A stretch of 10,667 bases of DNA from Candidatus Omnitrophota bacterium (GTDB lineage: Bacteria > Omnitrophota > Gorgyraeia > Duberdicusellales > 4484-171), in NCBI GenBank assembly GCA_021735045.1, contig JAIPHU010000023.1, positions 1 through 10,667 on the forward strand, written 5' to 3'. The notes under the pieces are model-generated. The model searched no databases, had not been told where the DNA came from, and worked only from the letters and a program-made list of their open reading frames with translations. Positions 5,722 to 10,667 of the stretch are shown here, one piece after another. The translations under genes and the position numbers were made by a program. Every line of letters begins with the position of its first letter. Within the stretch, counting starts at the first letter, position 1.

Positions 5722-6984
5722 ATGAACTTACCTTATCTATTATTTTCTGATAAAGAAGGTAAAATCCATTCACATCCTTATCTGAGGATGTCAGGAACTT
5801 TGTTAGATAAGCCCTATTTACCTGTTCAGGAAGAATTAATTTCTGCCCCTGTGGGAACAACATTTTTTTATTTACCAGATAGCTATCTTTTAGGTTACAA
5901 TCTTTTAACTAAAAAGTTTGAGCAAATAGAAAAAATTCAAGGGAAAAGAGTGTATCCAGTGGCAGCTTTCATCCCTCCTTCATATTTGCGCTTATATAAT
6001 CCTTTAGCAAAATTTGAAAAAAAGAGACAGAAACTACCGCTTTGGGCCTATACTGCTTGCGGATTTTATGGCGGAAAATTCAGGGTGACAGCAAAAAAGA
6101 TTGATAAAAGAACTCGGCAGGCGCCGGGTTTTTATAATAATAAATTAATAGAAAAAAATGCCAATATCTTTCTTAAAAAATATCCTGACAATCGTCTTTA
6201 CAAACATCTTTTTAATTGTGCTTTAAACTATAATTGCCTTGCGGCGAAGAATCTTTTTATGCAGCGGTGGGAAGCCCCTTTGCCCGTGGCAAGATTTTGC
6301 AATGCTAGTTGTCTTGGCTGTCTTAGTCATCAAGATTCAAATTGTGATGCTTCTCATCAAAGGATTGCTTTTAGGCCTAAGTTATCTGAAGCTGTTGAAT
6401 TAATGGAAAACCATCTGAAAAAAGCAAAAGAGCCTATTGTTAGTTTTGGCCAAGGCTGCGAAGGTGAGCCATTGCTTGAGACAGATTTAATTGCAGAAAG
6501 TGTAAAAAAGGTTAGGCAAAAAACTAAACGCGGAACAATCAATATAAATACCAACGGGAGTATCCCAGAGAAAATAAAAGATCTTTGTAAAACCGGGGTT
6601 GATTCTTTCCGAATTAGTTTAAACAGTCCTGAAGAAAAATTTTACAATATCTATTTTAGGCCAAAAAATTATAGTTTTTCAGATGTTTTAAAATCAATTA
6701 AAATTATTAAAGAACAAAAAAAAATTGTTTCTTTAAATTTATTTATTTTTCCTGGCTTTAACGACTCAAAGCAACAAATAGATAAACTAGTTAAATTTTT
6801 GAAAAAAAATAAAATAGATATGGTCCAATGGCGGAATTTAAATATTGATCCTTTACATTATATCAATAAAATAGCAAAATATGATTTAAAACCCACCGGA
6901 ATATTAAACCTTATTGATATTGTTAAGAATAATTTTCCAAAAATAAAAAGGGGTTATTTTAACTTACCAAAAGAAAAATTTTAA
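5722..6984 (+). CDS. Radical SAM enzyme with an unrecognised ~190-aa N-terminal domain
   Basis: The canonical C193-x3-C197-x2-C200 motif (FCNASCLGC) lies at 6298-6321, within PLPVARFCNASCLGC. Also present are the SAM-binding GQGCEGEPLL (GGE-like) motif, NTNGS, and a C-terminal half-TIM-barrel-like region. The N-terminal residues 1-190 carry extra Cys (TAC113G, NC166ALNYNC172) and match no family I can name. No SD. Confidence 0.85.
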   Translation: MNLPYLLFSDKEGKIHSHPYLRMSGTLLDKPYLPVQEELISAPVGTTFFYLPDSYLLGYNLLTKKFEQIEKIQGKRVYPVAAFIPPSYLRLYNPLAKFEKKRQKLPLWAYTACGFYGGKFRVTAKKIDKRTRQAPGFYNNKLIEKNANIFLKKYPDNRLYKHLFNCALNYNCLAAKNLFMQRWEAPLPVARFCNASCLGCLSHQDSNCDASHQRIAFRPKLSEAVELMENHLKKAKEPIVSFGQGCEGEPLLETDLIAESVKKVRQKTKRGTININTNGSIPEKIKDLCKTGVDSFRISLNSPEEKFYNIYFRPKNYSFSDVLKSIKIIKEQKKIVSLNLFIFPGFNDSKQQIDKLVKFLKKNKIDMVQWRNLNIDPLHYINKIAKYDLKPTGILNLIDIVKNNFPKIKRGYFNLPKEKF

Positions 6985-7029
6985 AAGTCTTCTAAATATG
7001 GTACAATTTAAGAAACGAAGGAGCATTTA

Positions 7030-7248
7030 ATGATAAAAGAAGTTGAATTAAATATCCCGACAAGCTTTAAGAAAGAGCCTTTTTTTTATAATATAATCAA
7101 GGATTTTAAAGTTGTGCCGCGTATTTTAGAAGCGTCTTTTTCGACCGCAACCGGCTGGGCAATTGTTAGTTTTCAAGGCAGTAGTAAAGAATTAAAGCGT
7201 CTTTTCCAGCAGTTGGAAGAAAAAGGCATAGATATTAATTTCCGTTAA
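7030..7248 (+). CDS. Stand-alone NIL-domain (ACT-like fold) protein, 72 aa
   Basis: An AAGGAG SD at 7018-7023 sits 6 nt before the ATG. The pattern EPFFYNIIKDFKVVPRILEASFSTATGWAIVSFQGSSKELKRLFQQLEEKGIDI aligns by eye with the MetN C-terminal NIL domain ([39 protein letters not shown]...AIAWLQEHHVKVEV). Confidence 0.55.
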   Translation: MIKEVELNIPTSFKKEPFFYNIIKDFKVVPRILEASFSTATGWAIVSFQGSSKELKRLFQQLEEKGIDINFR

Positions 7249-7282
7249 CCCGTCATAATCCCATCGAATATATGTATGTGAT

Positions 7283-7299
7283 ATCCGGCGCAGCCGGAT
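7283..7299 (+). other. GC-rich hairpin ATCCGGC-GCA-GCCGGAT downstream of the NIL gene (possible terminator or part of a larger structured RNA)
   Basis: A 7-bp stem (7283-7289 with 7293-7299) closes a 3-nt loop, 35 nt after the TAA at 7246-7248. It is the strongest GC stem in any intergenic region here. No U-tract follows (cattgccctgc), so it is not a canonical intrinsic terminator. Confidence 0.3.
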
Positions 7300-7370
7300 C
7301 ATTGCCCTGCTTAAACCTAAGGCAACATATCATATTCATAAATGTATTAGGCTTACAAACAACAATGAAC

Positions 7371-7400
7371 TTGATAATGGCAATTTAGTTTTGTTAAAGT
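7371..7400 (+). promoter_or_regulatory. Candidate promoter for mnmA (TTGATA-18 nt-TAAAGT, with TG upstream of the -10)
   Basis: TTGATA at 7371-7376, TG at 7392-7393, and TAAAGT at 7395-7400, which ends 23 nt upstream of the ATG at 7424. This is a motif match only, in AT-rich sequence. Confidence 0.25.
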
Positions 7401-7423
7401 AGATAAATAATCGATTACACGAT

Positions 7424-8518
7424 ATGAAAAAAGTAATGGTAGCAATGAGTGGCGGGGTTGATTCTTCGGTGGCAGCTTTGTTATTGAAAAAAGCTGGTTT
7501 TAATGTTGTGGGCCTAACTATGTGTTTGGGGATAAAGTCAGACGATGGCGGTAAGCGCTGTTGCGGGCCGGAATCAATTTCAGATGCAAAAAAAGTGTGT
7601 CGGGATTTGGATATAAAACATTATGTAATGGATTTTTCAACAGAATTGGAAGATAAAATAATTTCTAAATTTTTAGGTCAATACTTAAAAGGCCAAACTC
7701 CCAATCCTTGCGTCGATTGTAATAAATTTATAAAGTTTGGTAGTTTATTAGAAAAAACAAGAGCTTTAGGTTTTGATTATTTAGCTACAGGCCATTATGC
7801 TAAAATTGGAAAAAAAGAAGGTGAATTCTTATTGAAAAAACCCGAAGACAAAGTTAAAGACCAAACTTATTTTCTTTATCCGATCAAGAAAGGTGATCTG
7901 AGTTCGATTCTGTTTCCTTTAGCTGATTATACCAAACAAAAGGTAAGAAAAATTGCTAAAGATAATCATTTGGTAGTTTTTGATAAGCCGCAAAGCCAGG
8001 ACCTCTGTTTTGTTATGGAAAAAAAATATACAAAATTTATTAGGCAAAAAAATAAAAGTTTATTTGGAGGGGAAAAACCAAAAGAAGGCTTGATTGTAAA
8101 TACAGCCGGAAGAATCTTGGGAAAACACACAGGGATTTCAAACTATACGATAGGCCAAAGAAAAGGATTGGGGGTAAGTGCGCCCGAGCCTCTCTATGTT
8201 TTGTCAATTAATCCGGAGGAAAATGAAATTATAGTAGGGGAAAAAGATAAATTAAAACAAAAAGGGCTTATTGCCGGTGACCTTAATTTCTTTACGGATT
8301 GTTTACCTGAAAAATTAAAAGCTCAAATTCGCTACCGGCACCAGGCGGCTGATTGTAAGATTGAAAAAATCGATAAAAAGCTGAAAGTCATTTTTGATGA
8401 CAAGCAAGAAGCCATTACACCCGGCCAAGCCGCAGTTTTCTACGATAACGATACTGTTTTAGGCGGGGGCACTATTGAGTCAGCTTTAGATGAAAATAAT
8501 CATAAAATTCCAAATTAA
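7424..8518 (+). CDS. mnmA: tRNA-specific 2-thiouridylase MnmA (tRNA U34 2-thiolation)
   Basis: PP-loop VAMSGGVDSS at the N-terminus (SGGVDSS at 7448-7468). It has TPNPC96VDC99NKFIKF (7709-7720), ATGHYA, DQTYFL and SQDLC195F (Cys codon 8006-8008). Length (364 aa) and motif order are typical for MnmA. Confidence 0.93.
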   Translation: MKKVMVAMSGGVDSSVAALLLKKAGFNVVGLTMCLGIKSDDGGKRCCGPESISDAKKVCRDLDIKHYVMDFSTELEDKIISKFLGQYLKGQTPNPCVDCNKFIKFGSLLEKTRALGFDYLATGHYAKIGKKEGEFLLKKPEDKVKDQTYFLYPIKKGDLSSILFPLADYTKQKVRKIAKDNHLVVFDKPQSQDLCFVMEKKYTKFIRQKNKSLFGGEKPKEGLIVNTAGRILGKHTGISNYTIGQRKGLGVSAPEPLYVLSINPEENEIIVGEKDKLKQKGLIAGDLNFFTDCLPEKLKAQIRYRHQAADCKIEKIDKKLKVIFDDKQEAITPGQAAVFYDNDTVLGGGTIESALDENNHKIPN

Positions 8519-8530
8519 GGAGAACCGGTC

Positions 8531-9445
8531 ATGAAAAATAAAGAAATAGCGGAGAAAATTCAAAGATTGAAAAAAGAAAAAAACGCAGTAATTTTAGTTC
8601 ATAACTATCAAAATCCCGAAGTTCAAGATATAGCAGATTTTCTAGGAGATTCTTTGGGGTTGAGCAGAAAAGCGGCAACCACCGATGCTGATATTATAGT
8701 TTTTTGCGGGGTGTATTTTATGGCAGAAACAGCTAAGATTTTATCACCCCAGAAAAAAGTAATTATTCCCGATAAAAATTCAGGTTGCCCCATGGCCGAT
8801 ATGATTACAAAAGAGCAGTTGACGGAATTAAAGAAAAAACATCTCAAGGCTAAAGTTTTAACCTATGTAAATAGCAGTGCGCAAGTTAAGTCCGAATCCG
8901 ATCTTTGCTGTACTTCATCTAATTCAGTCAAAGTGGTTGAAGTAGCTTTTCGCAAAAATCAGGAGGTTATTTTTGTTCCGGATAAATACCTGGCTCAATA
9001 TACCGCAAGCCGAACAGGCCGTAAATTTATAATTTGGCAGGGGTATTGCCCGACTCATGCAAAAATTATGCCCGAAGATATAAAAAAACAAAAAAAGATT
9101 CATCCCGGGGCAAAGGTTATGGTTCATCCTGAGTGCCGCCCCGAGACTATAAAGCTTGCCGATGCAGCTCTTTCTACCTCCGGGATGATTAAATTTGCTA
9201 AAGAAACAGACGCAAAAGATATTATCGTTGGCACCGAGGCCGGTATGGTTTATCCCTTGAAGAAAGAAGCCCCGAAGAAAAATTTTTACCCGGCTAAAGA
9301 AGAAGCGACTTGCCCAAATATGAAAAAAACCAATTTAGAAAAAGTTCTTTGGGCCCTTGAAGATTTAAGTTATGAAGTTAAAATAGATAATGAAATAATC
9401 CAAAAAGGGCAAAAAAGCATTCAAGCGATGTTAGATTTGAGTTAG
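8531..9445 (+). CDS. nadA: Quinolinate synthase NadA ([4Fe-4S] enzyme of de novo NAD biosynthesis)
   Basis: VHNYQNPEVQDIADFLGDSLGLS, FCGVYFMAETAKIL and three conserved Cys contexts (SGCPMA, GYCPTH, ATCPNM). The 304-aa length fits. The AAGGAG SD at 8517-8522 overlaps the mnmA stop, indicating a coupled operon. Confidence 0.93.
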   Translation: MKNKEIAEKIQRLKKEKNAVILVHNYQNPEVQDIADFLGDSLGLSRKAATTDADIIVFCGVYFMAETAKILSPQKKVIIPDKNSGCPMADMITKEQLTELKKKHLKAKVLTYVNSSAQVKSESDLCCTSSNSVKVVEVAFRKNQEVIFVPDKYLAQYTASRTGRKFIIWQGYCPTHAKIMPEDIKKQKKIHPGAKVMVHPECRPETIKLADAALSTSGMIKFAKETDAKDIIVGTEAGMVYPLKKEAPKKNFYPAKEEATCPNMKKTNLEKVLWALEDLSYEVKIDNEIIQKGQKSIQAMLDLS

Positions 9446-9459
9446 GTATTTAATAAACG

Positions 9460-9777
9460 ATGGAAGAAAGTTATAAAGAACCAGTTTATTCAATTGGAAT
9501 TGCAGCAAAATTAATTGAAGTTTGTCCGGCAACTTTGCGGATTTGGGAGAAGAAAAACTTAATCAAACCAGCTCGTTTAGGAAAAAACCGATTTTATTCC
9601 AAATGTGATTTAGATAGGTTACGCAGAATAAAAAAATTGATTCAAAAAGAAGGCCTAAACATAGAAGGCGCGAAAAAAGTTCTCGGACAAGATCTTTGTT
9701 GGCAAATAAAAAAATGCCCTCCCGAAGAAAGGAATCAGTGTTCGGTATACAAACAAGAAAAGAAAAAGAAGGGTTGA
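9460..9777 (+). CDS. Short MerR-family HTH regulator with a C-terminal three-cysteine tail
   Basis: The MerR-type HTH and wing read YSIGIAAKLIEVCPATLRIWEKKNLIKPARLGKNRFYSKCDLDRLRRIKKLI. The protein is only 105 aa, so it lacks the long dimerisation coiled coil. The C-terminal tail is C80WQIKKC86PPEERNQC94SVY (9697-9741). The gene starts 14 nt after nadA. TGA stop. Confidence 0.8.
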   Translation: MEESYKEPVYSIGIAAKLIEVCPATLRIWEKKNLIKPARLGKNRFYSKCDLDRLRRIKKLIQKEGLNIEGAKKVLGQDLCWQIKKCPPEERNQCSVYKQEKKKKG

Positions 9778-9830
9778 TTTTTTTTGCTTTGCATATGTAA
9801 ATAGAGTTTATGGGTTATATATAAATTATA

Positions 9831-9859
9831 TTGACAGGTATGTTTTGTTATGTTTAAAT
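9831..9859 (+). promoter_or_regulatory. Candidate sigma70-type promoter for thi4 (TTGACA-17 nt-TTAAAT, with TG extended -10)
   Basis: Perfect TTGACA at 9831-9836, a 17-nt spacer, TG at 9851-9852 and TTAAAT at 9854-9859, 54 nt upstream of the ATG at 9914. An AT-only inverted repeat ATATAA-A-TTATAT (9819-9831) abuts the -35. Confidence 0.45.
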
Positions 9860-9913
9860 AATGTTTACTTATTTTAGTTTATAAAAAGTTAACCAGATTT
9901 AAGGAGGTAGAAA

Positions 9914-10667
9914 ATGGAATTTAGCCCAGTAAGCGAAGCAGGTATAACTAAAGCAATAACTAGTGAATTCAATAATTTTATCCAAGAGTATATAAAATCA
10001 GATGTAATTATTATCGGAGGGGGCCCCAGTGGGTTGATGGCTGGACGCCAGTTAGCTAATAAAAATTACAAAACTTTGATTATTGAGTCTAATAATTATT
10101 TAGGAGGCGGGTTTTGGATTGGGGGTTATTTAATGAACACACTAACCTTTAGAGCCCCGTCGGAAAAAATCCTTTCCGAATTAGAGATACCTTATAAACA
10201 GGCAGAAGAAGGGTTGTTTACTGCATCCGGGCCTGCGGCTTGTTCTAAACTTATTTGGGAGGCCAATAAAGCAGGAGCTAGGATTTTAAATATGACCAAA
10301 TTCGATGATGTAGTTTATAGAAATAATAGAGTAGAAGGAGTAGTTATTAATTGGACTCCTGTTTCTGCTTTGCCCCGGCAAATTACTTGTGCAGATCCCA
10401 TCTGCCTAGAATCGAAAATAGTTATTGATGCAACCGGACACGATGCTTTTGTTTGTAAATCCCTAAGCAAGAGAAAAATAGTCACCATGGAAGATTTTGG
10501 CCCAATGGATGTGGGGAGCTCAGAAAGATTAGTGGTTGCTAAAACTGGCCAAATTCATCCCGGCTTAATCATTACCGGCATGGCAGTATCTAGTTTTTAC
10601 GGGGTGCCGCGAATGGGACCCACTTTTGGCGGGATGCTTGAATCAGGTAAAAAAGCAGCTGAAGTTG
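9914..10667 (+). CDS. thi4: Thi4-family thiazole synthase (archaeal/eukaryotic-type thiamine thiazole biosynthesis), 3' end cut by window edge
   Basis: Not in the ORF track because there is no stop before the window end. I translated it by hand. A strong AAGGAGG SD lies at 9901-9907. The translation is MEFSPVSEAGITKAITSEFNNFIQEYIKSDVIIIGGGPSGLMAGRQLA...NNYLGGGFWIGGYLMN...VVINWTPV...IVIDATGHDAFVC...GLIITGMAV...VPRMGPTFGGMLESGKKAAEV. It contains the dinucleotide-binding GGGPSG (10016-10033), the GGG.W.GG motif, ATGHD (10430-10444) and RMGP.FGGM, all typical of Thi4. Confidence 0.88.
   Translation, partial: MEFSPVSEAGITKAITSEFNNFIQEYIKSDVIIIGGGPSGLMAGRQLANKNYKTLIIESNNYLGGGFWIGGYLMNTLTFRAPSEKILSELEIPYKQAEEGLFTASGPAACSKLIWEANKAGARILNMTKFDDVVYRNNRVEGVVINWTPVSALPRQITCADPICLESKIVIDATGHDAFVCKSLSKRKIVTMEDFGPMDVGSSERLVVAKTGQIHPGLIITGMAVSSFYGVPRMGPTFGGMLESGKKAAEV

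Noticed and set aside
6357-6554. Antisense 65-aa ORF within the radical-SAM gene.
   Set aside because: It is embedded opposite the conserved GGE/NTNGS region of a confident CDS and has no independent support.
7272-7388. A 38-aa ORF (MYVISGAAGSLPCLNLRQHIIFINVLGLQTTMNLIMAI) in the NIL-mnmA spacer.
   Set aside because: It has no SD. It spans the GC hairpins that are better explained as RNA or DNA structure, and it is short enough to arise by chance.
8623-9127. Antisense ORFs at 8623-8847 (74 aa) and 8924-9127 (67 aa) within nadA.
   Set aside because: They lie opposite a highly conserved, confidently identified gene and have no recognisable motifs.
9751-9790. A possible intrinsic terminator after the MerR-like gene (A-rich stretch followed by T8 at 9778-9785).
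   Set aside because: The only pairing available is weak A-tract with T-tract, and there is no GC-containing stem. I could not support it as a terminator.
9778-9913. A TPP (THI-box) riboswitch was expected upstream of thi4.
   Set aside because: No CTGAGA or the paired pyrimidine-sensor helix consensus is visible on the + strand. The region is almost pure A/T apart from the SD. A covariance-model scan would be the definitive check.

Overview
The window is a visibly AT-rich (roughly one-third G+C by eye) stretch that looks like bacterial chromosome. It uses the standard genetic code, since TAA, TAG and TGA all act as stops. I support ten protein-coding genes, nine on the + strand and one on the - strand. 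(1) A 5'-truncated ExeA/GspA-like AAA+ ATPase is followed by a small single-pass GspB-like protein. (2) A large GH94-like (cellobiose-phosphorylase family) enzyme is the only minus-strand gene, and two copies of a 36-nt palindrome-ended element (32/36 identical) bracket it. (3) A co-directional trio has no function I can name. It comprises a signal-peptide/thioredoxin-like CxxC domain fused to a DsbD/CcdA-like polytopic membrane domain, a radical-SAM enzyme with an unrecognised ~190-aa N-terminal domain, and a 72-aa NIL-domain protein. This trio is my best candidate for an undescribed system. (4) A tight mnmA-nadA-merR-like operon. Its MnmA carries the CxxC...C signature of the Fe-S-dependent type, and the short MerR-like protein has a three-Cys tail. 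(5) A 3'-truncated Thi4-type thiazole synthase that the ORF track misses because it runs off the window. I see no THI-box upstream of it. I found no rRNA, tRNA, CRISPR array, transposase or integrase. Non-coding signals worth a look are a dense CGAAT/ATTCG motif array upstream of the gspB-like gene, a duplicated AAATTCGA motif upstream of the radical-SAM gene, and a GC-enriched foldable segment between the NIL gene and mnmA. All family calls come from motif recognition by eye and recall. No searches were run.
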